DNA of 64,000 nucleotides from Nanobdellota archaeon. GTDB lineage: Archaea; Nanobdellota; Nanobdellia; Pacearchaeales; GW2011-AR1. Below the pieces are notes generated by a model that searched no databases, was not told where the DNA came from, and saw only the letters and a program-made list of their open reading frames with translations. The translations under genes and the position numbers were made by a program. This document shows, piece by piece, positions 8,849 to 17,700 of the stretch (positions are counted from its first letter, which is position 1; each line of letters opens with the position of its first letter). The stretch spans positions 1-64,000 of the forward strand of contig JBBSXB010000008.1 of assembly GCA_038046005.1 (NCBI GenBank). Direction: 5' to 3'.

Positions 8849-10089
8849 TGGACTTGGTTGTAGGACTTTATCTTTTTATGTTTTTTTTTGGTATATATTT
8901 TCTTCTTTTATTCATTCTTCTTTACAAAAAAAATAGAGATGAACTTTACAAATATCCTTTACCAAAAAAATTTCTTCCGATATCTGTAATTATTCCTTCT
9001 TATAATGAGGAAAAAGAAATTTCCAACACTTTGCAGGCAGTTGTTGATTTAGAATATCCTAGCGGAAAAAAACAAATTATTGTCGTTGATGATTGCAGCA
9101 CTGACAATACCTATAGGGTCATCAAAGAGTTTGCAAAAAAACATTCAAACATGATTGTGGTTCAAACTCCTAAAAATACGGGAAATGCTGCTGGTTCTAA
9201 AAATTACGGTTTAAAATTTGTAAAGACTTCTTTAATTGGATTTGTTGATTCTGATTCTTTCCCATCGAAAGATTCTCTAACAAAGATGGTCGGGTATTTT
9301 GAAGAAGATGAAAAAGTTGCTGCTGTTACTTCTAGGGTTTGGGTCAAAGAGAAGAAAAATAATTTTATTGAAAGATTTCAGGATTTTGATTATGTTGTTA
9401 TTGCGTGGAGTAGAAAAATTTTGGATTTTATAGGATGTGTTTATGTCACCAATGGGCCTTTAAGCATTTACAGGGGGAGTGTTATGAAACAAATTAATGG
9501 ATTCGATGAAAAAAATTTGACCGAAGATATTGAAATTACTTGGAAGATTTTGAGTTTAGGTTATAAAACAAAGATGTCTTATTCAACTAAGGTCTATACA
9601 ATTGTCCCAGAAACTTTTAAGGCTTGGCATAAACAGAGAATAAGATGGAATCTTGGTGGACTGCAGACGCTTTACAAATACAAAAAATTTATTTTTAAAA
9701 ATACAAAAAATTTATTTGGTTATGTAATTATACAATACGTTTTTATTTCCTTTTTGTTCGCCTTGTTGGGATTTGCACTTTTTGTCAGACAGCTTTATCA
9801 TAAGATATTTCCTTATATCTCAGCCATACCTTATTATTTTCAAGGATATAATCCGTTTAAATTTTTGAAATTTAATCCCCTGGTAACCATGCTATTCTTT
9901 TTCGGAATTATCTTCTTGTGCTTGAGCCTTGTTTATTATAGATATGCTTCCAGAGAGTCTGACCTTAAAAGAAAAGGTATAAGAACCATACTCATATACC
10001 TTTTTGTGTACAGGCCATTGTATGTTGCACCATTGCTGTGGTCCTTTTATAAACTAATTAGGAGAGATTTAAGATGGTACACGAAATAA
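8848..10089 (+). CDS. processive-type GT2 glycosyltransferase, membrane-bound
   Basis: IIPSYNEE, VDDCSTD, DSD, TED, QRIRW (D,D,D,QxxRW) plus TM helices. Confidence 0.92.
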   Translation: MDLVVGLYLFMFFFGIYFLLLFILLYKKNRDELYKYPLPKKFLPISVIIPSYNEEKEISNTLQAVVDLEYPSGKKQIIVVDDCSTDNTYRVIKEFAKKHSNMIVVQTPKNTGNAAGSKNYGLKFVKTSLIGFVDSDSFPSKDSLTKMVGYFEEDEKVAAVTSRVWVKEKKNNFIERFQDFDYVVIAWSRKILDFIGCVYVTNGPLSIYRGSVMKQINGFDEKNLTEDIEITWKILSLGYKTKMSYSTKVYTIVPETFKAWHKQRIRWNLGGLQTLYKYKKFIFKNTKNLFGYVIIQYVFISFLFALLGFALFVRQLYHKIFPYISAIPYYFQGYNPFKFLKFNPLVTMLFFFGIIFLCLSLVYYRYASRESDLKRKGIRTILIYLFVYRPLYVAPLLWSFYKLIRRDLRWYTK

Positions 10090-10754
10090 TAAAATCGAAA
10101 TATGGAATTTTTATAGAAGTTTTTATACTAGCTTTTTTTATATTAATAATCGGATTTTTTCTAGGATTTTATGTTGAGTCAGTCAGAGTCAACAAGGTTA
10201 TAGATGATTCAAGAACTTTTGAACTGGAAGCTTTGGACTTAAAACTTCAAAATTACTATTTCCAGATTATGAACCGAGCTTCCTGTAATGAAGCAATAAA
10301 ACAGAATTTTATATTTGCAGATGAGCTTTATCAAAGCGGACTTGTACTTGACAGATATGAACAAGCTAATCAAATTTCTGACGAAATACTCCGGGAAAAA
10401 AAGAAATATGTTCTTTTAAAAACAGAGCTTTGGCTCAACAGTATTCTCTTGAAGGAGAAGTGTGGTGGAGAAAATGAGACTTTTCATACTTTAACTTATA
10501 TCTATTCTGACAATAAAAATGATTTGGCTAAAAAAGGAGAGCAAACCGTTGTTTCAAACATACTTGGGCAGATAAAAGAAGAGAAAGGCAATAGGGTAAT
10601 TTTGCTGCCAATTGCCGGCGATTTAGGCCTGAAATCAGTTGATCTTCAAAGAAGGCTGTATAATATAACCTACCTTCCTTCTGTTATAATAGATGAGAAA
10701 TATATCTTTAGCGGGTTTCATACTAAAGAAGAACTTGACAAATATTTGAAATAA
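10074..10754 (+). CDS. membrane-anchored protein with C-terminal thioredoxin-like fold
   Basis: N-terminal TM; YNITYLPSVIIDE..GF cis-Pro loop pattern. Confidence 0.65.
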   Translation: MVHEIIKSKYGIFIEVFILAFFILIIGFFLGFYVESVRVNKVIDDSRTFELEALDLKLQNYYFQIMNRASCNEAIKQNFIFADELYQSGLVLDRYEQANQISDEILREKKKYVLLKTELWLNSILLKEKCGGENETFHTLTYIYSDNKNDLAKKGEQTVVSNILGQIKEEKGNRVILLPIAGDLGLKSVDLQRRLYNITYLPSVIIDEKYIFSGFHTKEELDKYLK

Positions 10755-10801
10755 CCTTCCCAGAATAGAAATATTAAAAAAGGAATGCACTATATTCTTT
10801 T

Positions 10802-11632
10802 ATGGCACAATGCGCTAGATGCGGATTAGATGGGAGCAAAACAAGGCTTTTAATCGCTATTTCCAATGAAGGATTGATTCCCATATGTGAAAGTTGCAAT
10901 GCGCATGAGGAACTGCCTGTGATAAGAAGGCCAACAACGTACCAGCTTAAAGAGGCTGAAAGGCCAACAAGCGTCTATACTAGGCTGTCTAACATGGCTA
11001 AACTTAACCCTTCAGACCATAGAAGAAAACTTAATATTCCTGAGCCAAAAACCAAGGCCTTTTCTCCTGCAAGTACCAGAGAAACTACACTTAGAGAGAT
11101 TGTTGACAAACAGTATAAGGCTAAGCAAGGATCAGTGGAAAAAAAAGATGCTCCTTTGAATCTCGTTCCTAATTTTCATTGGGCTTTGAAAATGGCCAGA
11201 AGAGCCAGAAAGCTTTCAATTGCACAGGTTGCTAAAGAGATTGGTGAGTCTGAGGCTGTGATAGAAATGGCTGAGAGGGGCGTACTTCCTGCAGATGATT
11301 TTAGGATTGTGAATAAATTGGAAACTTTTTATAAGATAAAAATTACAAAAGGAAGTGGAGGCGTTTCTTATTTCCCAAATACTTCTAATCTAAAAAAACA
11401 GGAAGCACATAGAGAACTTCCTAAAGAAATTAATTTTGATGACCCTAATATAAAGAGTTTGAGAGTTGAGGATCTTAAGAGAATAAAAAATAGTAAATCA
11501 AACGAAAAAACGAATCCTGGGGAAGATGTAGTGGAAGAGATAGATGTTAGTGACGATGCAGAATTTTGGGAAGGTCAAGAAAGTTCTGAGGTAAAACCCA
11601 AAGAGAGCAAAGGCTGGAAATTCTGGAAGTGA
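10802..11632 (+). CDS. MBF1-like protein (Zn ribbon plus XRE HTH)
   Basis: CARC..CESC; KMARRARKLSIAQVAKEIGESEAVIEMAERG HTH. Confidence 0.75.
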   Translation: MAQCARCGLDGSKTRLLIAISNEGLIPICESCNAHEELPVIRRPTTYQLKEAERPTSVYTRLSNMAKLNPSDHRRKLNIPEPKTKAFSPASTRETTLREIVDKQYKAKQGSVEKKDAPLNLVPNFHWALKMARRARKLSIAQVAKEIGESEAVIEMAERGVLPADDFRIVNKLETFYKIKITKGSGGVSYFPNTSNLKKQEAHRELPKEINFDDPNIKSLRVEDLKRIKNSKSNEKTNPGEDVVEEIDVSDDAEFWEGQESSEVKPKESKGWKFWK

Positions 11633-12123
11633 AAATGACAGAAGTTATTGAAAAGGGTGAGATAGAAAAGTCTATGGAGAAGGCTTTAAGTGATTTTTTG
11701 TTAATTAGAGGAGACTCTTATTTTGCAAAAGGTATTTTTAGACGAGAAAAACAAGAATATCCTTTTTTGGCAATGCTGGCATTAAATGGCGAAAATGTTC
11801 AAGGAGTTACTTTTGATGCAGGAGGGGTTTCAACGTTTACTGGATTAATGACAGAAAACGAGTTATATTTTGTTAGTAATTATGCCTGTCTTGATTCTAG
11901 CCCCGTAGAGCATTTTTACCAAAGACGAAATGGTTTTTGGCGTGGAGAAGTTAAATTTGGAAATTCTAATGGTGCTGGAATATCGATTCTTGAAATGCTC
12001 GTTAAAAAAGATGATTTAAGTAAAGAGCCCATTATGTTAAAGGGTGTTGAAGGAGTCTCTGAAGTAATGAATGGTTTGATGAAACACAAAACATCAACCG
12101 AAGCCTTTTTAAACTACTTTTAA
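11629..12123 (+). CDS. hypothetical protein
   Basis: 164-aa ORF, GTGA overlap with upstream gene. Confidence 0.6.
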   Translation: MKMTEVIEKGEIEKSMEKALSDFLLIRGDSYFAKGIFRREKQEYPFLAMLALNGENVQGVTFDAGGVSTFTGLMTENELYFVSNYACLDSSPVEHFYQRRNGFWRGEVKFGNSNGAGISILEMLVKKDDLSKEPIMLKGVEGVSEVMNGLMKHKTSTEAFLNYF

Positions 12124-12134
12124 GATTTCTTAAT

Positions 12135-12398
12135 ATGGAACTTAAGTTTTTGAAGAGTGAGAAGGATGAGATTGAAGTTGAGCTTCCAAATTTGACGCTT
12201 GCAGAAATACTCAGAGTTTATCTTAACAAAGATGACGAAATTGTTGTGGCTGCATGGAAGAGAGACCATCCAACTGAGAAGCCAATTTTGAAAGTCAAGA
12301 CTAAGGGAAAATCAGCAAAGAAAGCAATTAGTGATGCTATTACTTTTGTAATAAAAGATCTTGACAAGACTCTTGAAGAATTTAAGAAGATGAAGTGA
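12135..12398 (+). CDS. rpoL: DNA-directed RNA polymerase subunit L (Rpo11)
   Basis: TLAEILRVYL..VVAAWKRDHP..PILKVKT pattern, 87 aa. Confidence 0.88.
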   Translation: MELKFLKSEKDEIEVELPNLTLAEILRVYLNKDDEIVVAAWKRDHPTEKPILKVKTKGKSAKKAISDAITFVIKDLDKTLEEFKKMK

Positions 12399-12409
12399 TA
12401 ATTCTATAA

Positions 12410-12931
12410 ATGAATATGGGAAGCTTAAACAATAAATTGACTAATGGTGAAGGAGAATTTGCAATCAAAGGTGAAGCTGGAAATCTTAGGCCTCTATATG
12501 AAAAGTGTAAGGGCAATGTAAAATTAATGTCAAAAATTACTGGATGTTCATACAAAACTCTTAGAGAATGTTTGATTGATTTAAATCTGCCACCAAGAGG
12601 TTTAAGAGGTTCTCCAATTTCTGAATCAGACGCAGAAAATATTGTTGATTTGTTTAAAAAGTACAATTGCAATGTTAAAAAAGTTCATGAAGAAACTGGA
12701 TTTTCTGATGAGACGATAAGAAGACATGTTTATAAAAGCGGACAAGAGCCTAGGTTTATTCATCTTTCAGATGAAGACTTGGATTTAATAGTTGCGGGGC
12801 ATTATGTTTTTGATGGAAATGCTGCAATGACAGCAAGAGAGATTGGTAAATTTACCCAAATGACTGTCTTAAGATATTGGAAAATTTTTGGACTGGAATC
12901 TAATAAACCTGGTAGCGTAAAATCACAATAA
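12410..12931 (+). CDS. protein with three tandem HTH-like repeats
   Basis: GNVKLMSKITGCSYKTL / CNVKKVHEETGFSDETI / GNAAMTAREIGKFTQMTV. Confidence 0.65.
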   Translation: MNMGSLNNKLTNGEGEFAIKGEAGNLRPLYEKCKGNVKLMSKITGCSYKTLRECLIDLNLPPRGLRGSPISESDAENIVDLFKKYNCNVKKVHEETGFSDETIRRHVYKSGQEPRFIHLSDEDLDLIVAGHYVFDGNAAMTAREIGKFTQMTVLRYWKIFGLESNKPGSVKSQ

Positions 12932-12962
12932 TCCTTATTAATTGTTAATATAATTTTAGTCT

Positions 12963-13706
12963 ATGGCAATTGAAAAATCTGAAAAAATTTCTGCAGGCAG
13001 TTATGATCTTAATACATGGCTTTATGGCGGATATGAGTCTGAAGTCATAACGATGATTGCGGGTTCTCCTGGAAGCGGGAAAACAAATTTTGCAATGCTC
13101 GCTGCCTGCAGTCAGGCAAAAAAAAATAACAAAGTTATTTTTATAGACACTGAGGGAGGTTTTTCTTCTGAAAGAGTTAAACAAATTGTTGGTGAAAATT
13201 ATAAAGACATAATTTCAAATATTTTGCTTTTAGAACCTAAATCTTTTGACGAGCAGAAAAAGATTTTTGAAAAACTTCTGGAGAAGGTAAAAAAAGAAGA
13301 TGTTGGTTTGATAGTTGTCGACAGCATGGCAATGCTTTACAGGCTTGAATTGGGCGATGCTATAAAAAAGAAGGATGATGGAGAGTTCATCAGAAATGTT
13401 AATAGAATACTTGCAGAACAGATGAAACTTCTTTCGTTAATTGCAAGAACTCAACAAATTCCAGTCATAATAACTAACCAAGTTTACAAGGATTTTCAAA
13501 ATGAGGAAGATTTTAAAAGCAAGAAGGAAGCAGAAACACATATTGTTGGAGGAGATTTGTTCAAGTATTGGTGTAAATGCATTATAGAGCTGAAGCATGA
13601 AGGTGGAAAGAGAAAAGCAATACTCTTAAAACACAGAAGTTTGCCTGAGAAAGAAATGGTTTTTGAGATAAAAAATAAGGGAATTTTTAAGAAGAGTTGG
13701 ATATAA
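12963..13706 (+). CDS. radB: DNA repair and recombination protein RadB
   Basis: GSPGSGKT, FIDTEGGFS.ER, IVVDS, TNQVY, KHR motif. Confidence 0.93.
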   Translation: MAIEKSEKISAGSYDLNTWLYGGYESEVITMIAGSPGSGKTNFAMLAACSQAKKNNKVIFIDTEGGFSSERVKQIVGENYKDIISNILLLEPKSFDEQKKIFEKLLEKVKKEDVGLIVVDSMAMLYRLELGDAIKKKDDGEFIRNVNRILAEQMKLLSLIARTQQIPVIITNQVYKDFQNEEDFKSKKEAETHIVGGDLFKYWCKCIIELKHEGGKRKAILLKHRSLPEKEMVFEIKNKGIFKKSWI

Positions 13707-13739
13707 AAGCTTAAAAACAAAACTTAAGATTTCTTTTCT

Positions 13740-14489
13740 ATGGAAACTAGAAAAACACTAGAACAATTGTCTTCAGAGTATGATTATCTAGTGATTGATA
13801 CGTGTGCTTTGTCTAGACCTTATGGGATACTTATTGCAAAACCATCTGAAACTGGCCTGGACAAAAAAATTCCACAGATAGAAGTGGAAATAGAATCTTC
13901 TGAGTTTTTTAATAATTTTGTGTCTAGAGGATCAAACTTGTACACTACTGATGATGTTGTTGAAGAATTGAAATCATGGAAAAAATTTAGAAAAAGTGAT
14001 GTAAAAAGACTTAATAGACTTAGAAGTGCTGCTATGAAACAAAATTTTACTAGAGAACGGGAATTGGCAGAATATATCAAAAAAAGTGGTTCAACCAGAG
14101 AGTTAGGTGTAAAGCTTCATGAACGTGAAAAATCCCACAAAAGATTATTAAGCAATTTAACAAATTCTGATAGAATAATCTATTTTGTTGGAGAAGAAAT
14201 ACTCTTTTTTGAGGCTTTAATGTCTCAATATTCTTTTTTAAGTAAACAATACGGAATAACTGAAGTTGACTTAAAACTTCTAATGAGCGCGGGCTTGCTC
14301 GCATTAAAAAAAGGAAAAACTTGCTTGATTACAAATGATTCTGGAATTATAAAGAGTGGCTATGCCTTTGTTATCAATGCCCAACTTAATGAGGGCAGTT
14401 TAAGTTTTTATATACGGGATGAGATGCGCTCTTTTAGGGAGGCTTATTATCAGCACAAATTAACTTATTCTCCAGTAGCTAAAAACTAA
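13740..14489 (+). CDS. PIN-domain protein
   Basis: VIDTCAL, V.EE, TEVD..L, ITNDSGI acidic motifs. Confidence 0.7.
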   Translation: METRKTLEQLSSEYDYLVIDTCALSRPYGILIAKPSETGLDKKIPQIEVEIESSEFFNNFVSRGSNLYTTDDVVEELKSWKKFRKSDVKRLNRLRSAAMKQNFTRERELAEYIKKSGSTRELGVKLHEREKSHKRLLSNLTNSDRIIYFVGEEILFFEALMSQYSFLSKQYGITEVDLKLLMSAGLLALKKGKTCLITNDSGIIKSGYAFVINAQLNEGSLSFYIRDEMRSFREAYYQHKLTYSPVAKN

Positions 14490-14516
14490 TAAAAACTTCA
14501 GCATCTTCTGTTCTAA

Positions 14517-15719
14517 ATGGATATAAAGTTTGAAGTTATAAAGAAAATAGTTGAGACTAGATTTAAATACAAAGATATTGGGAAAATTTCGAAGTTTGAC
14601 AGTAATTCTCCTCCGAGTGTGTTTATAGGTTCTAAACTAAGATACCCATTAGTTAATGTTGGAATATTGAGTCCTTTGGAAAGAGATGATGAAGCATGGA
14701 TTTATGATAATTCTAGATATTGGGCGGACAACAATTTTGCAATAAGTGATGTCATAAGGCTTAGGGGAAGTTTGTTGAATTCCAGGTTTCAGTCTCAGGT
14801 TCAGGATTCTAGACTAAATAAAAAATTTGTGCAAATAGCTCAAGAGATTGCAGTTGCTTCTCGGCCTGTTGATGTTGAGATTGAATTAAAAAGCGGAGTG
14901 AGCGTCAGAAATCATTTAGACAGAATAGAAACTCCTCATGGGATGAAAGCTCCTTTGAAAACAGCAAAGATTATCGGAAATGTAAAAGTTGAAAGGAAAC
15001 TTGACAAATTGATGAACGACGAGGTTAAAGCCTCGGAAGCATTGACAATTCTTTACAAATCGGATTTTGATGAATATTCCCTGAACAAAATTTTGAGTGT
15101 TGGCGTTTTGGGTTTGAAGAAAAATAAAAGACTTGTTCCGACAAGATGGAGCATAACGGCAACAGATGATACTCTTGGAAAATATTTGATTGATGAAATC
15201 AGAGATTACAAAATTATAGAAGACTATGAATTGTTTTTTGGAGAGTTTTTTGGAAATCAGTATATCATAATGTTGTTTCCTAATGTTTGGAGTTATGAGC
15301 TTTTTGAATTGTATTTTCCAGGAAGCTCTTGGAATTCTTCTCAAGAGTTAAAGGCTTCAACTGATTATGAAAATTTTTATGGGAGAAAAAATTATGCAAG
15401 TTCGACTGCTGGAGGATATTATGCTGCAAGGCTTCCTATCTTGGAATATCTGGCTGGTTCTAGAAGACAGGCTTCAATTCTGGCAATAAGATTAGAAACA
15501 CCCAGTTACTGGGCAGCGTTGGGTGTTTGGGTTGTGAGAGAAAGTGTAAGAAAAGCTATGGCTTCAATGGGAATGAAATTTTCAACTAAAAAAGAGATGA
15601 TTGAAAGCGCAAAACAAATCAGCCAAATAAAGTATAAGTTTGATCTTTCAGATATTTTGACAAAAAGCAAATTGCTTGAAAACATTAAAACTCAGAAGAC
15701 GCTTAGGGAGTGGGCTTAA
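14517..15719 (+). CDS. nreA: Nre-family DNA repair protein
   Basis: SPPSVFIG, RLVPTRWSITATDD, GGYYAARL, LGVWVVRE; C-terminal PIP box QKTLREW. Confidence 0.9.
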   Translation: MDIKFEVIKKIVETRFKYKDIGKISKFDSNSPPSVFIGSKLRYPLVNVGILSPLERDDEAWIYDNSRYWADNNFAISDVIRLRGSLLNSRFQSQVQDSRLNKKFVQIAQEIAVASRPVDVEIELKSGVSVRNHLDRIETPHGMKAPLKTAKIIGNVKVERKLDKLMNDEVKASEALTILYKSDFDEYSLNKILSVGVLGLKKNKRLVPTRWSITATDDTLGKYLIDEIRDYKIIEDYELFFGEFFGNQYIIMLFPNVWSYELFELYFPGSSWNSSQELKASTDYENFYGRKNYASSTAGGYYAARLPILEYLAGSRRQASILAIRLETPSYWAALGVWVVRESVRKAMASMGMKFSTKKEMIESAKQISQIKYKFDLSDILTKSKLLENIKTQKTLREWA

Positions 15720-16606
15720 GATTTTTTCTTTAGGTATAATAAAGAGCAAACAAGTCCTATGACAAATAATACTAGGCTTATCCAATTTGATAAAGTGTTA
15801 TCTAAGTTGCTGATCACGTTACTAGTAATATTGGAAGACATGAATAAAATTGACAATGATAAACTTACAATTGCAATAATTGAGGTTACTTTTCCCTCAA
15901 GATTTCCTTTGTTTTTAATTTCTTTACCTATAATTTTTCCCCATTCTTTCATCTTAGTTATGTAATTTTTTACTAACTTTCTATTATCAACATCATGAAT
16001 AAATTCTCCAGTAAATCTATACTCTGAAGGAGGATACCCTACTTTGGAAGAATATTTGGTTTTTTTGCCTGTAACACTTATTGCAGGTATAGCTGAACCA
16101 CTACTAAGATAATTATCTCCTGTAAAAGGATGAATATTTTGAGATGGTACTTTCTTTTTCAAGTATTCTTTAGTAATATTTAAGCTATGGCCTGTTGCAG
16201 ATGATTCATCAAAAATTATTATTTGTGAATGTTTATCTTTAATTCTCTCATTAAAAAATTCTTCAAATCTATTATCAATTTGTTCTCTTTCTTTACGCTT
16301 GTCCCTATTTCTTGAATAATAGTAATCAGCTCTTGTAAGCGTAATGGGGTCTACTCTGTAAAATTTTGGAACGGTTTCATTCGGGTAAGCTTCTTTCCAC
16401 GCAGCCTTGATTAAATAACCCCAAGGTGTTCCTGAAGTTTCGGTTAAGAAAACATATTTTGGCTGAATTTTATGCCATTCTTTTATCATTCTTGCAACAC
16501 CTTCTTTATCTTTTGTTTCTCCTAATTCTCCAAACAAGTGTCCTTCTTGTCTTAGTATTCCTTTATTATATATTCTTTGGAGTTTGTCGAGTTCCTCTTT
16601 TTTCAT
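15716..16606 (-). CDS. phosphoribosyltransferase-like protein with C-terminal two-TM anchor
   Basis: IIIFDESSATGHSL PRPP-loop-like motif; TM-SNITSNVI-TM-KKK tail. Confidence 0.6.
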   Translation of the reverse strand: MKKEELDKLQRIYNKGILRQEGHLFGELGETKDKEGVARMIKEWHKIQPKYVFLTETSGTPWGYLIKAAWKEAYPNETVPKFYRVDPITLTRADYYYSRNRDKRKEREQIDNRFEEFFNERIKDKHSQIIIFDESSATGHSLNITKEYLKKKVPSQNIHPFTGDNYLSSGSAIPAISVTGKKTKYSSKVGYPPSEYRFTGEFIHDVDNRKLVKNYITKMKEWGKIIGKEIKNKGNLEGKVTSIIAIVSLSLSILFMSSNITSNVISNLDNTLSNWISLVLFVIGLVCSLLYLKKKS

Positions 16607-16676
16607 GATTAAGACAATTATTGCTACTTTTTATTTTTAAGCATTATTGCACTCTTATATAATCTAAAGAATGGGT

Positions 16677-17048
16677 TTAAGATTTTCTGTAAAGAGTAGT
16701 ACTATAATCTGTTCTTTTTACTTTTCCTTTTTCTGTTAAAATTTCAATATAAACTACTTCTCCGCCTGTGGAAATTTTTTCTGCAGAATTTTCTTTTCTT
16801 ATGTTCATTTCTCCTGCTTGCAGGTTGCTTATGTCTCCAGTTTCAGCACCATAAGAGCCTGTCCTTGGGATATGGGCAATTATTTTGTTTCCAGCCACAA
16901 TTGGAGAATCTCCATTAAATGTTAATCTCTTTATTGTGCTTTTTGGATCATGGTTTTTTACAGCAATTTCTAGCCTTCCACTATATCCCTCGACTCTTTC
17001 AACTGTCAAATTCCAAAGCGCTTTTGTTTGGATTTTTGTATACTTCAT
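16677..17048 (-). CDS. hypothetical protein
   Basis: 123-aa ORF with upstream TATA-like box. Confidence 0.6.
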   Translation of the reverse strand: MKYTKIQTKALWNLTVERVEGYSGRLEIAVKNHDPKSTIKRLTFNGDSPIVAGNKIIAHIPRTGSYGAETGDISNLQAGEMNIRKENSAEKISTGGEVVYIEILTEKGKVKRTDYSTTLYRKS

Positions 17049-17146
17049 ACATTTTTTTAATTTCTGTATTTTTAAGCATTGTTGTTCTACATTAACTTTA
17101 TTAACCCATTTAGCTATGATATAAGAATTAAAAAGGGGGTGTTGAG

Positions 17147-17359
17147 ATGAGCTGTAAATGGATACATGTTGTTTTACTTTTGATTATAGCTGTATTTGCT
17201 ATATTCAATATTGTTGCTTGGTCAACTGCTAAGTGGGTTATTTTTATAGCTGCTTTGGGATTGCTTCTTCATGCACTTTGGTGTAAGAGCTGCAATGAAT
17301 GCTGGGCAGGAAACCATAGGCATGCAATGAAAGAAATGCCTGCTAAAAAGAAAAGATAA
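17147..17359 (+). CDS. small two-TM protein with H/C cluster
   Basis: GGGGGTG SD; two TM helices then HALWCKSCNEC..HRH. Confidence 0.7.
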   Translation: MSCKWIHVVLLLIIAVFAIFNIVAWSTAKWVIFIAALGLLLHALWCKSCNECWAGNHRHAMKEMPAKKKR

Positions 17360-17416
17360 TTTTTGTTTTTATTTTATAATTTTTACTTATTCTTTCATTA
17401 ACTATTTAAAGGTAAT

Positions 17417-17683
17417 ATGCTTTTTTATATTATGAAGAACCTAGGTTATTTTTCGTTTGTGTTTTCTTTGATTGCTTTTTTAGATTTTTTAGCAGGTCTT
17501 CTTTTTTATCGACAAATTGCTATTGTTTTTTATTTTTTTCCTTGGATAGGCATTTTTTTAGGAGGCTTGTCTTTAGGTTTTGGAGCTAAAGAAAAAGATA
17601 AAATTTTTGCAATTTTAGGAATTATAATTGGTTCTTTGATTCCAATTTATATGTTTCTCGTTTTAATGATAGAGTTTTCTTAG
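17417..17683 (+). CDS. small membrane protein
   Basis: three hydrophobic segments; AILGIIIG. Confidence 0.6.
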   Translation: MLFYIMKNLGYFSFVFSLIAFLDFLAGLLFYRQIAIVFYFFPWIGIFLGGLSLGFGAKEKDKIFAILGIIIGSLIPIYMFLVLMIEFS

Positions 17684-17700
17684 AGAATCTTTTATTTCAT

